Shown here: positions 19,976 to 30,030 of the stretch, in pieces
Layout of the letters: every line of letters begins with the position of its first letter
Numbering within the stretch: the stretch's first letter is position 1
Source of the DNA: an uncultured Desulfatitalea sp.
Lineage (GTDB): Bacteria > Desulfobacterota > Desulfobacteria > Desulfobacterales > Desulfosarcinaceae
Assembly (NCBI GenBank): GCA_963668675.2
Contig: CAXXMB010000002.1
Location: 1,088,001 to 1,152,000, forward strand
DNA length: 64,000 bases
Reading direction: 5' to 3'
Made by a program: the position numbers and the translations under genes
The notes under the pieces: generated by a model
What the model was told of the DNA's origin: nothing
Database searches by the model: none
The model's input: only the letters and a program-made list of their open reading frames with translations

Positions 19976-21891
19976 GATTCGCCTCCGCTCAATGTGAAAT
20001 AGAAGGTGGTGCCCTTCTCCAGTTCTGACTCTACCCAGATGCGGCCTCTATGCCGCTCGACGATCTTCTTCACAACGGTCAACCCTGCACCGATGCCGCC
20101 GCCAAACTTCTCCCTTCCGTGCAATCTTTGAAAAATATTAAAAATTTTCCCAAAGTGCTCATTTCGAATACCGATGCCGTTATCACGGACATAGAGTCGT
20201 GGAGCTGTCGATCGGCCCATTGGCGACGAATCGTTATGGCTGTTTTGAGGTGTATCGGATGAAATATAACCGATTTCAATCCATTTGTCCTCTTTGTCGC
20301 TATACTTGACCGCGTTGGTCACCAGGTTGAAAAAGACCTCTCCGATCCGGATGCGGTCGCAACTCACCACGGGGAGGCGCTCCGGGATTCGGATGTCAAC
20401 CGTGTTCTCGGTCAACATGTGAGAGATGCGCGCCAGCACCTGTTCGATCAGATCGTTCAGATCGACCGGCTCAATGGCCAGCTCGGTGCGGCCGACACGG
20501 GAGAAGGCCAGCAACGTATCGATCAGCTGATCCTCACGTTCGCAGAGACGGATCAGGGTCTGGAGTTTGTCACGGCCGTCTTCGCCCAACTGCTTGGCAT
20601 AGTCTTCCATCAAGAAACCCGAAAAGTTGGCGATGCCGCGAAGGGGCTCGCGCAGATCGTGTGAAGCGATGTAGGCAAAATCATCCAGTTCACGGTTGCT
20701 CTCCTCCAGGGCCCGATTTCTCAGCTCCAGTTCCACCTGCATCTGGACGTAAGTGGAGATGTCGTCGAGAACCAGCAGGAGATGCGGCTTTGCGTTGATG
20801 AAACATCGGGTCAGCAGGCAGTTGATCCACATCTCCTTGCCGAAACTGCTCGTGGCATGAACCTCATGGCGACGCGATATGCCGTCGGACAGCACCGCAA
20901 CGGCCTGGGCCAGCAGGCCGGTGGCCTCCCAAATTGGTATCTGCCTGAAATTTTGTTGCAGGCACTGGTCGCGGGTGGCGCCGATCATCTTCGCCATGGC
21001 CTCGTTGGCCAGAATGCACCGCCCATCCTCTTCATAGGTGGCAATTCCCAGAGTGGACGCATCGACGATGACCTTGTTCAGCTCTGACGTCTCTTCGATC
21101 CGAGTCTCCAACTGCCGCTGCCACTGCTCTTTCTCCTTGCGATACCCTTCGATCGCCCCCGCCATCTTCTCCATGCTGCGTGCCAGGGCGTCGAACTCGT
21201 CGTTGGAGTAGATGGGAATCTCTTCCACGCTTTTCATACCTGCGATGGTCACCGCAGCCTCTTTGAGCTTCACAACCGGTTCGACCACCGACCGGCGCAG
21301 CATAAAAAAGATAACCAAAAACCCGATCAGGGCGCACAGGATGGTCGCCACGACAGTGGCATTGCGGATCCGGATGCCCGGCTCAAACAGCTCTTCGGCC
21401 GATACGGCATAGATCAGGGTCCACTGCCAGGGAGCGAAGTGATGTCCCACATAGATCTCCGGGCCGTTTACGGTCTCCAGGATGCCCCGGAGATAGTTTT
21501 CCGCATGCCGGGAAGATAGCCTGGCCACGTCGCTCCAGATCCGGGTCCGGTGTTGACTGCCTTTGCGGCTGCAAAAAATCGTGACGCCGGTGGCATCGAT
21601 GACCATGAGATGGCCGGTGCGGTAGTAATTCATTCGGCTTGCGGCCTGAAACGACTCCTGCTGGTAGCGATCAACAAACGAGCCGGTGGCATCCAGGCCG
21701 TGTGTCGTGAGCAACCGATGGGCCTTGGCGACTTGATTCTCCACATAGTCGCGCAGCTCTTTTTCGACACCGTCATACATCGCCTGTTTGAGGCTGCCTG
21801 TGGCCGTGAAGACAGACCAGCCCCCCAATAGGGAGATCACCACGGCCACCATCGGCAGGATCGCAAGGCTTATTTTGTTTTGCAGTCTCAA
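19972..21891 (-). CDS. membrane sensor histidine kinase (HAMP-PAS-HisKA-HATPase)
   Basis: Two TM segments, FAYIASHDLREPLR, NLVTNAVKY, DNGIG, GAGL; TTG start overlaps the upstream TGA. Confidence 0.92.
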   Translation of the reverse strand: MRLQNKISLAILPMVAVVISLLGGWSVFTATGSLKQAMYDGVEKELRDYVENQVAKAHRLLTTHGLDATGSFVDRYQQESFQAASRMNYYRTGHLMVIDATGVTIFCSRKGSQHRTRIWSDVARLSSRHAENYLRGILETVNGPEIYVGHHFAPWQWTLIYAVSAEELFEPGIRIRNATVVATILCALIGFLVIFFMLRRSVVEPVVKLKEAAVTIAGMKSVEEIPIYSNDEFDALARSMEKMAGAIEGYRKEKEQWQRQLETRIEETSELNKVIVDASTLGIATYEEDGRCILANEAMAKMIGATRDQCLQQNFRQIPIWEATGLLAQAVAVLSDGISRRHEVHATSSFGKEMWINCLLTRCFINAKPHLLLVLDDISTYVQMQVELELRNRALEESNRELDDFAYIASHDLREPLRGIANFSGFLMEDYAKQLGEDGRDKLQTLIRLCEREDQLIDTLLAFSRVGRTELAIEPVDLNDLIEQVLARISHMLTENTVDIRIPERLPVVSCDRIRIGEVFFNLVTNAVKYSDKEDKWIEIGYISSDTPQNSHNDSSPMGRSTAPRLYVRDNGIGIRNEHFGKIFNIFQRLHGREKFGGGIGAGLTVVKKIVERHRGRIWVESELEKGTTFYFTLSGGES

Positions 21892-22964
21892 GGGGTGTCC
21901 TGTCGATAGACGTTGCGGCCGGCCAGTTCAAGCAGATCGGGCGGCACGACGAACCCCGCCGCCAAGGCCGCCGTCAGGTTGATGCCCAGGTCGAACCGGT
22001 CCGGCGGCGTAGCCGGCAGGCTGCCGGGATCTGCGCCATCCATTACCGCTCGAACCAGAAGGGCCACATCCTCTCCTGTGGCCTGCTCGTTGGGCGACAG
22101 GTGCATGATCGCTCCCAGCCGGACGCTGGCACTTTTCAGCCCCATGATGATGGGCCGAGCCGAGCGGTCCAGCAGCAGTCGCGTATATTCGTTGCTCTCT
22201 CCCAGCGGACCCGACGGCTCCCACCAGAAATCCACCTTCGCCTCGAGTTCCACAATCCCGTCGCGTACCATCTCCAGCATGGCCCCAACCCCTTCACTCA
22301 TATGGCCGTATGGCACTTGACGCGGGATAATGTTCACGTCATCACGTCCCTGGACGGCCGCCTTCAGCTCCCTGATGTCGCCCATGGCCGATGGATAGGT
22401 CGAGTGGATAAAACCGATCCGGACCGGGCGATGGGCAATCGCATCGCCGATCAGTTGCATCATGATGCCGATGCGCGTCTCACGGTTGATGGCATGCACT
22501 TTACCGGTGATGTAGCGACCGCCAGGGTGGCCAATCTGCTCGATCAGCCCAGCGCCCACCGGGTCCGAAACGGTCATGAAGACCAATGGTATCCCCAACC
22601 CAGCCAGTACTCTGTCCGCGGTTTTAGATGCCAGGGTGGCGTTGCTCACCACCACATCGGGTCGGCCATCCGCCAAGGCTTTCCGCAACAAATCCTCGGC
22701 CCGTCCCCAATCTCCCTCCGCGTTATACTCCTCCAGTTCCAGCGACCACCCTTCGTCAGCAGCGATCTTCTGCATGGACTTGGCGAACCAGCGGCTGTGG
22801 GACTGGACCGCCGGCACGGACATGCTTTCGAGCAGTACGATCCGCTTGATTTCAGCCGCCGCGCCACCCACAATAACGAGCAGGGAGATCGACATGAGCA
22901 GAAGCATAAGGCATCGCGTGCCCTCGAATCTCCATGAAACTGGCCAGGGGTGACAAACAGGCAT
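21888..22964 (-). CDS. periplasmic ABC-type substrate-binding-like protein (orphan; probable ligand input for the kinase)
   Basis: Hydrophobic signal region; IPLVFMTVSDPVGAGL; INLTAALAAG..VPPDLL C-terminus. Confidence 0.8.
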   Translation of the reverse strand: MPVCHPWPVSWRFEGTRCLMLLLMSISLLVIVGGAAAEIKRIVLLESMSVPAVQSHSRWFAKSMQKIAADEGWSLELEEYNAEGDWGRAEDLLRKALADGRPDVVVSNATLASKTADRVLAGLGIPLVFMTVSDPVGAGLIEQIGHPGGRYITGKVHAINRETRIGIMMQLIGDAIAHRPVRIGFIHSTYPSAMGDIRELKAAVQGRDDVNIIPRQVPYGHMSEGVGAMLEMVRDGIVELEAKVDFWWEPSGPLGESNEYTRLLLDRSARPIIMGLKSASVRLGAIMHLSPNEQATGEDVALLVRAVMDGADPGSLPATPPDRFDLGINLTAALAAGFVVPPDLLELAGRNVYRQDTP

Positions 22965-23003
22965 TATCTCATCTCCAAAACGGGTATCTGGACATCAGAT
23001 GGT

Positions 23004-23032
23004 TTATCGGTCGAATCGTTGGATTTCTTTAG
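23004..23032 (-). promoter_or_regulatory. sigma28 (FliA)-like promoter
   Basis: Minus strand CTAAAG-N15-ACCGATAA about 40 nt upstream of the operon start. Confidence 0.6.
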
Positions 23033-23175
23033 AATTTCGGTCCAATGGGGGTGACCAGCGAAGATGCACCGCAGGCCGCGTGTTACATTTCGCAACGGGG
23101 CTGGTGGGAAAAACGCGTCAGCAGCAATGCAAAGGGGCAATGTAAAAAGAACTAATCACATGAAAACACAGGTAA

Positions 23176-24318
23176 TTAATAACCCCCTAACCGTTGGACC
23201 GCCGCGACGACCACCTCGGCAGCCCGATCGATCTCCTCGCTTGAGGTGGTGCGCCCCACTGAGAAGCGCAGGGTACCCTTTGCCCACTCCAGGGGCACCT
23301 GCATCGCTTCAAGCACATGCGAAAGGGAGACCGTATCGGCATGACAGGCGGCACCGGCCGAAGCGGCCACCTCCAACCCGATCTCTTCCAGAATGCGGTT
23401 GGCCTCCATCTCCTTGAAGGAGATGCTGAGGGTGTTGGGCAGACGCCGCTCGGCATGGCCATTGAGGCGCACATCGGTCAGCGCCCCGGCGATGCAATGG
23501 TGCAACTGGTCCCGCTTGGCCGCCATATGGTCCATGTTGGCCATCAGGTCACGGGCCGCAATCTCACACGCCTTGCCCAACCCCACGATCTCCAGCACAT
23601 TCTCCGTCCCGGCGCGCCAGCCGCGCTCCTGGCCGGCGCCATGGCAAAACTTCTCCGGCTGCAGCTCCCGTCGCACATAGAGAGCGCCGATACCTTTAGG
23701 CGCATAGAGTTTATGGCCGGCCACAGAGAGCATATCCACATCCATGGCCTGGACGTCGGCCGGAATTTTACCCAGAGACTGGGCCGCATCCGTGTGCACC
23801 AGGACACCCCGGCGGTGAGCCAGTGCCGCAATCTCGGCAATGGGCTGCACGGTCCCCACTTCGTTGTTGGCGTGCATGATGGAGACAAGAATCGTATCGG
23901 ATCGGATCACCTTCTCCACATCGTCCGGATCCACCATGCCCTGGCTGTCCACCGGGACATAGGTGGTTTCGAACCCCTCCCCCTCCAAGAAACGGCACAC
24001 TTCCAGAACGGCCGGGTGTTCGAAGTTGCTGGTCACGATATGCCGCCCCTTATGCTTCAACGTCCGGGCCATGCCTTTGATGGCGTGGTTGTTGGACTCG
24101 GTGCCGCCCGATGTGAAGAAAATTTCAGTGGCTTGGCAATTGATCAGACCGGCCACCTGGCGCCGGGCCGCTTCGACAGCCTGTTTGGGTTTGATGCCGT
24201 ACCAGTGGGAACTGGAGGGGTTGCCGAATTCCGTCTCCAAAAACGGCCGCATGGCAGCAATCACCTCGGGATCGTGCGGTGTGGTGCCGTTGTAGTCGAG
24301 GTAGATGGGCTGGACCAC
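23176..24318 (-). CDS. class I cysteine desulfurase / selenocysteine lyase family PLP enzyme
   Basis: YLDYNGTT, TSGGTESNN, HTDAAQ, GHK(PLP)LYAPKG, RAGTEN, SAGAACH; GAGGAG RBS before GTG. Confidence 0.9.
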   Translation of the reverse strand: MVQPIYLDYNGTTPHDPEVIAAMRPFLETEFGNPSSSHWYGIKPKQAVEAARRQVAGLINCQATEIFFTSGGTESNNHAIKGMARTLKHKGRHIVTSNFEHPAVLEVCRFLEGEGFETTYVPVDSQGMVDPDDVEKVIRSDTILVSIMHANNEVGTVQPIAEIAALAHRRGVLVHTDAAQSLGKIPADVQAMDVDMLSVAGHKLYAPKGIGALYVRRELQPEKFCHGAGQERGWRAGTENVLEIVGLGKACEIAARDLMANMDHMAAKRDQLHHCIAGALTDVRLNGHAERRLPNTLSISFKEMEANRILEEIGLEVAASAGAACHADTVSLSHVLEAMQVPLEWAKGTLRFSVGRTTSSEEIDRAAEVVVAAVQRLGGY

Positions 24319-24444
24319 TGGATCCTCCTCTCAAACGATTGGCAATCTATTGTTTTTCTTGGTAGAAAGGATACATTGAATCGAATGTACCAGAGTCCGG
24401 CCGGAAATGGTAGCGCCTGTCGTATGAAAAAGTGACCGTTTTGC

Positions 24445-25551
24445 TTAAGATGGCACTTCACTGCCCCAGGGGCGTTGGCGGGCCGCCACCGGAGAAACCC
24501 CTACGCTCTTGATCAAAGCAAACACGCTCTGGCCCGGCATTAGATTCAAATCACGCAAGGCACGCTGTGTGATCCTGGCCGGCAGGGCGCAACCGATGTA
24601 CATACTGACCTCGGCCAGCCCCTCTCCACTCTCCATGATAGTATCAATCCTGGCGGGCAGAATATTCTGGAAGCTGCTGCGCTTGGGACGGTCCAGAGAG
24701 ATGGCCACATGCCTGGCGGGTATAAAAATTCTCAGAAAGTGGCCGGGCGTCCAATCGCCACGCGGCACCCTCAGCGTCCCCCCTGCAAATTTTAAAATCG
24801 TCAGATCCTGTTCATGGCCCTCAACGACGGTGTTGAACAGGGCGCCGTTCTCCAGTCCAGGGACCAGGCGATGCAGCTCGAGGTCTGCGACCAGCGTCTC
24901 CAGGCCTGCCGCGGCAGTCACCCTGCCTTCACCGACAATCAAGAGGGTGTCGGCCAGGGCCACAATCTCGTCCCATGCGTGACTGACATAGAGAATCGGG
25001 ACGGTATATTCGTCCCCCAGGCGGGCGATGAACGGCAAAAGTTCTGCTTTGCGCGCCGTGTCGAGGGCAGCCAGGGGTTCGTCCATCAGCAGCAGTTCGG
25101 GGCTGGTGAGCAGGGCCCGGCCGATGGCCACCCGCTGTTTCTCTCCACCGGAGAGGGTGGCAGGGCGCCGGGCAAGCAGATGATCGATGCCCAGCAGGCG
25201 GATCACCTGTTGCGGATCGACATAGCGCTGGCAGGGCGTTACGCGATGCATGCCGTAGGTGAGATTGTCGTAAACCGAAAGGTGGGGAAAGAGACGGCCG
25301 TCCTGAAATACGTAACCGATACGCCGGCGCTCGGGGGGCAGGTCGATGCCGCGATCCACATCAAAGAGGCAGCGCTCATTGACCATGATGGCTCCCCGGT
25401 CCGGTCGCAGGAGCCCGGCCACCATATTGATCATGGAGGTCTTGCCTGCCCCCGAAGGGCCGAACAGCGCGGTGACGCCTTTCGCAGGCAGATCGAAAGA
25501 AGCCTCTACGGAGAAGTGCCCCAGCGCTTTGGCAACGGTCACAGTGATCAT
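24445..25551 (-). CDS. modC: molybdate ABC transporter ATP-binding protein
   Basis: Start MITVTV (ATG 25551, overlapping the modB stop); GPSGAGKT, LSGGEKQRV, LLMDEP; C-terminal Mop/TOBE domain. Confidence 0.95.
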   Translation of the reverse strand: MITVTVAKALGHFSVEASFDLPAKGVTALFGPSGAGKTSMINMVAGLLRPDRGAIMVNERCLFDVDRGIDLPPERRRIGYVFQDGRLFPHLSVYDNLTYGMHRVTPCQRYVDPQQVIRLLGIDHLLARRPATLSGGEKQRVAIGRALLTSPELLLMDEPLAALDTARKAELLPFIARLGDEYTVPILYVSHAWDEIVALADTLLIVGEGRVTAAAGLETLVADLELHRLVPGLENGALFNTVVEGHEQDLTILKFAGGTLRVPRGDWTPGHFLRIFIPARHVAISLDRPKRSSFQNILPARIDTIMESGEGLAEVSMYIGCALPARITQRALRDLNLMPGQSVFALIKSVGVSPVAARQRPWGSEVPS

Positions 25552-26255
25552 CGCTCCCCCCGTAGCCGTCTCGAAAAGCGCCGCGACAACACCTCCGAGG
25601 CGATCACCGCCGCCATGGCAATCACTATCGAAATCACACAAAGACGCATCGCGCCCCCTTCGCCGCCGGGCACCTGGGTCAGGGTGTAGAGGGCCAGGGG
25701 CAAGGTCTGGGTTTCGCCGACGATGTTGGAGACAAAGGTGATGGTGGCGCCGAACTCCCCCAAACTTCGGGCAAAAGCGAGCAGCAGGCCGGCAATGATA
25801 CCGGGTGTGATCAACGGAAGGGTGATGGTGAAAAAGACACGCAGCGGACCGGCGCCCAAGGTTCGGGCGGCCACCTCGATTCTCGGATCCACGCCCTCCA
25901 AGGAGAGACGCAGGGCGCGTACCAGCAGCGGGAAGGCCATGGTGGCGGCGGCAAAGGCGGCCCCTTTCCAGTTGAAGGCCAGCGTAATCCCCAGATGGCT
26001 GTATAGCCAAGCACCGACAATACCGTTGCGGCCCATGAGGACCAGCAGCAGATACCCGATCACCACAGGCGGCAGGACGAGGGGCAGATGAATGAAGCCG
26101 TCCAGCAGGGCTTTGCCGGGAAAATCGGTCCTGGCTAACAGCCAGGCAACGGCAATGCCGACCGGAAGGCTGCAGACAACGGCCCAGCCGGAGACCCACA
26201 GGCTTAACCGCAGCGCTTCGATCTCAACCGGGGTCAACATCCAGGCGGGCATCAC
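25548..26255 (-). CDS. modB: molybdate ABC transporter permease
   Basis: LPLVLPPVVIGY, AARTLGA, FARSLGEFGAT. Confidence 0.95.
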   Translation of the reverse strand: MMPAWMLTPVEIEALRLSLWVSGWAVVCSLPVGIAVAWLLARTDFPGKALLDGFIHLPLVLPPVVIGYLLLVLMGRNGIVGAWLYSHLGITLAFNWKGAAFAAATMAFPLLVRALRLSLEGVDPRIEVAARTLGAGPLRVFFTITLPLITPGIIAGLLLAFARSLGEFGATITFVSNIVGETQTLPLALYTLTQVPGGEGGAMRLCVISIVIAMAAVIASEVLSRRFSRRLRGER

Positions 26256-27073
26256 CGAACCGTAAAGCCGGCACGCTCGAAAACGGCCCTGGCTTGGGGC
26301 CCCTGCAGAAAGACCAGGAAGCGTTCGGCCGGCGGCGATGTGCGACCGGCAACGATCGCTGCGGGATAGACGATGGCCGGGTGGCTCTCCTCGGGGAAGC
26401 GGGCGACGATCTTCACCTTTTTCGAGATGGCCGCATCAGTGGCGTAGACCACACCCAGGGGGGTCTCTCTGCGCTCGACCATGGCCAGGGCCGCACGCAC
26501 GGTCTGGGCGCGGGCGACGCTGCGCTCCAGGGATGCCCAGACACCCAGGGTTGCCAGGGCGGCCTTGCCGTACCGTCCGGCCGGCACATGGTCCGGATCG
26601 CCCATGGCGAGGCGACTGTCACCCAATATCGTTTTCAAATCGCACTCGGGGGAGAGGGAGACGGCGTTGACACTACTGTCCGACGGCGCAATTAACACGA
26701 TGCGGTTGCCCAACAGGTCGATGCGCGTGCCGGTGTCGATACGCCCTTTGTCGGCCAGATAATCCATCCATTTGCGGTCTGCACTGATGTAAACATCAGC
26801 GGGTGCGCCGTTGGCGATCTGTTTGGCCAGGGTCGATGACGCGGCAAACGAGCAGACCGCATGCCACGGTCCCTTATCGTTGAAGAGACGCGCAATCTCG
26901 GACGTCACATTGGTCGTCGAGGCCGCCGCAAATATGGTGATGGATTTAGGTGAATCTCCCAACGAACAGGCAGGTACGGTCAATAAGGAAAAGATCATTC
27001 CCAGACACAGCGTTAGCATAACCGAAGCACTTCTTACGCTTCTCCCCACACCACTAATCGATGGTATCGTCAT
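26252..27073 (-). CDS. modA: molybdate ABC transporter substrate-binding protein
   Basis: FAAAS, ASSTLAKQI.NGAPADVYISA, DPDHVPAGRY, VYATDA. Confidence 0.95.
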   Translation of the reverse strand: MTIPSISGVGRSVRSASVMLTLCLGMIFSLLTVPACSLGDSPKSITIFAAASTTNVTSEIARLFNDKGPWHAVCSFAASSTLAKQIANGAPADVYISADRKWMDYLADKGRIDTGTRIDLLGNRIVLIAPSDSSVNAVSLSPECDLKTILGDSRLAMGDPDHVPAGRYGKAALATLGVWASLERSVARAQTVRAALAMVERRETPLGVVYATDAAISKKVKIVARFPEESHPAIVYPAAIVAGRTSPPAERFLVFLQGPQARAVFERAGFTVR

Positions 27074-27217
27074 TTAATCGCTCCTTGACACTAATGCCAT
27101 ACCCTTTTCAACTATATGCTTCAACTTCCGGTTTCATTTAATCCACATAAGGGGGCGCAGACCTCCCACTGGACGCGCCGGATCAATCGTTTTAAATTTT
27201 TATCATTGCAATTCGCC

Positions 27218-29989
27218 TCAAACGGAAATTTTATCAATCCGCACAGCACACGCCTTGTACTCCGCGGTCATGGTAATACCGTCAAACGCAGCGTTGGTAA
27301 GCCAGTTGGCATTGGCCTCCCTGAAGTGAAACGCCATCCAGACCATCCCCTTGGGCACCTCGCTGGTGACGTTGGCTTTGACGTTGACCTCTCCTCGCCG
27401 GGAGGCAACCCGGACCATCTCTCCATGTTCGATCTCCAGGGACTTCGCATCCACCGGCGAGATATCGGCCGTCTCCTCGCCAAGGATATCGTTGAGCCCC
27501 TCGCACCGGCCGGTCTGGGTACGGGTGTGGTAGTGAGTCAAGCGGCGACCGGTGCTGAGCACCAGCGGGTATGTTTCATCCGGCACCTCGGCCGGCGGCG
27601 TCCACTCAGCCGGCGTGAAGACACCCAGGCCGCAGGTGAACTGGCCATCCTTGTGTAAGAAGCAGGTGCCGGGATGATTTTCGTCAGGGCAAGGCCACTG
27701 CAACCCGTCGCCCTCTAATCGATGGTACTTGATGCCGCACATCTGGGGCGCCAGCACCGATATCTCGTCGTCCCAAATCTCCTGCCCGCTGTCTGCGGAC
27801 CAGTCATGTCCCCACCGCTTGGCGATCTGCTTGAAAATCAACCAGTTGGGCATGGCATCGCCCGGCGCCTGGCTGGCTGTGCGCACCCGGCTGACCCGTC
27901 GCTCGCTGTTTGTAAAGGTGCCCTCGTTTTCACTCCAGGCCGCCGCCGGCAGCACCACATGGGCAAAGCGGGTGGTCTCATTGAGGAAGATGTCCTGCAC
28001 CACCAGAAACTCGGCCGAGGCCAGTTCATGCTCCACCTTGCGGATGTCCGGTTCGGTGTTGGCCAGGTTCTCGCCGAAGATGTAGAAACCGCGCACCTTG
28101 CCGTCGACCAGCCCCTCCATCATCTGGGGGATCATCAACCCGTTGGCCGCAGGCAGGTTCTCCACGCCCCACGCTTTTTCGAACTTCTGCCGCAAGGCCA
28201 AGTCGCCCACCTTCTGGTAACCGGGGAACACATTCGGCAGCGCTCCCATGTCACAGGCGCCCTGGACATTGTTCTGGCCGCGCAGCGGATTGACCCCGCC
28301 GCACTCGACGCCCATGTTGCCCAGCAGCATCTGCAGGTTGGCAACGCTCATCACGTTGCGCGTGCCGCAAGTGTGTTCGGTGATGCCCAACGTGTAGCAA
28401 AGCATCATCGGTTTGACCGAAGAGATTCGCCGGGCCACATCCCGGATCATGTCGGCGGAGATACCGCAGATATCGGCGGCGTACTCCGGCGTATAGGGCA
28501 GAACGGTCTCGGCCAGCTTGTCGAAATCCACGGTGCACGAAGCGACAAATGATTTGTCGTACCACCCCTCTGAAATCAATACGTGCATCAACCCGTTGAG
28601 GAAGGCGATGTCGCTGCCCACCCGGATGGGGACGTGCAGGTCGGCAAAATCGACCAGCTTGTGCCGCCGTGGATCTACGACGATGAGTTTGGCCCCCTTC
28701 AAGACGGCGTTCTTGACGAATGTCGAAGCCACTGGATGGGCCTCGGTCATGTTCGAGCCGATCACCATGAACATCTTTGCCCGTGAAAACTCGTTGAACG
28801 AGTTGGTCATGGCCCCTGAACCGAATGTGGTCGCCAGCCCGGCGACAGTAGGAGCATGTCAAGTGCGGGCACAATGGTCGATGTTGTTGGTCTTGAACAC
28901 CGCTCGGAAGAGCTTCTGCATCTGATAGGAGTCTTCATTGATGCTGCGGGCACAACTCACACCGGCCACCGCATCGGGACCACTGGCATCGATGATCTCT
29001 TTGAACCTCGAAGCCACCAGATCGAGCGCCTCGTCCCAGGAGGCCTCGCGGAAGTCATCCCCCTCCCTGATCAGCGGCGTCTTGAGACGATCTTCCGAGT
29101 AGATGAAGTCGTAGCCGAAACGGCCCTTCACGCACAAACGCCCCTGGTTGGGCTCGGCCTCCTCCACGCCGGTCACCTTGACGATGCGCCCATCCTGAAC
29201 GTGCAGCAACTGCTGACAGCCGACACCGCAATACGGACAGGTGGTGCGCACCGTGGTCTCTTTCCACGGCCGCCACTGGTAGCGCGACTTCTTCTCAACC
29301 AAAGCGCCCACCGGACAGGCCTGGATGCACTCGCCGCAGAAGACACACTCCGAGTCGATCAGGGGCCGATCGCCGGCTGCCACGATTTTGCTCTCCACGC
29401 CGCGGTAGCCGTGACTGATGGCCCGGTTGACCTGCACTTCGTTGCATGCCTGTACACATCGTCCACACAGGATGCAGCGTGAAAAATCCCGAACGATCAG
29501 CGGATTGGCCATCTCCGTCGGATAGGCGCCCGGTTCCGGAATAAAGCGGTCTCCTTTGACCTGGTAGCGAAAGGCGAGATCCTGAAGTTTGCAATCACCC
29601 CAAACCGGGCAGAGATCCCCAGAGCCGTCGTTGGCCTGCACGGCCAATTGGAAATCGGTCCACTCCCCTTGACCGTCGTGGTTGATTGCGCAGTTGTGGT
29701 TGCCCGACGCGATCAGCAGTTCGAGAACCATGCGCCGGGCCTCGACGACCTTGGGAGATTCCGTCTGCACCACCATGCCAGCGGCTGCGGGCGTGCTGCA
29801 AGCGGTCTGCAACGTGCGGGCGCCCTCAACCTCGACCAGGCAGACGCGGCAGGCACCGGTAGGGGTCGCTCCCTTCAGGTGGCACAGGGTGGGAATCCAT
29901 ATGTCCACGGCCTGCGCCGCCTCCAGGATGGTCTGGCCCGGGGTAAACGAAACGGTGTGCCCATTGATCATCATTTGGTTTTGGTCCAT
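27218..29989 (-). CDS. fdhA: selenocysteine-containing formate dehydrogenase alpha subunit with N-terminal 2Fe-2S/4Fe-4S domains (one gene; UGA at 28859-28861 = Sec)
   Basis: ORF-track pieces 28859..30034 and 27218..28810 are in frame and join as NNIDHCART-U-HAPTVAGLATTFGSGAMTNS; also TTCPYCGVGC and LRGQNNVQGACD; start MDQNQ (29989) after an AAGGGG RBS. Confidence 0.95.
28830..28861 (-). promoter_or_regulatory. Sec UGA codon plus bacterial SECIS hairpin
   Basis: TGA-CATGCTCCTACT-GTCGCC-GGGCT-GGCGAC: a 6-bp perfect stem with G-rich loop starting 12 nt after the UGA. Confidence 0.8.
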
Positions 29990-30030
29990 CTTAACCCCTT
30001 TTTCTCTTTGCTGGCCGTAGGAAGCGGCGG

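Noticed and set aside
25552..26199. Apparent long N-terminal extension of ModC
   Set aside because: Overlaps modB in another frame; the ATGA-coupled start at 25551 is typical
27074..27217. Moco riboswitch or ModE box upstream of modA
   Set aside because: No recognisable Moco-RNA core and no copy of the island operator
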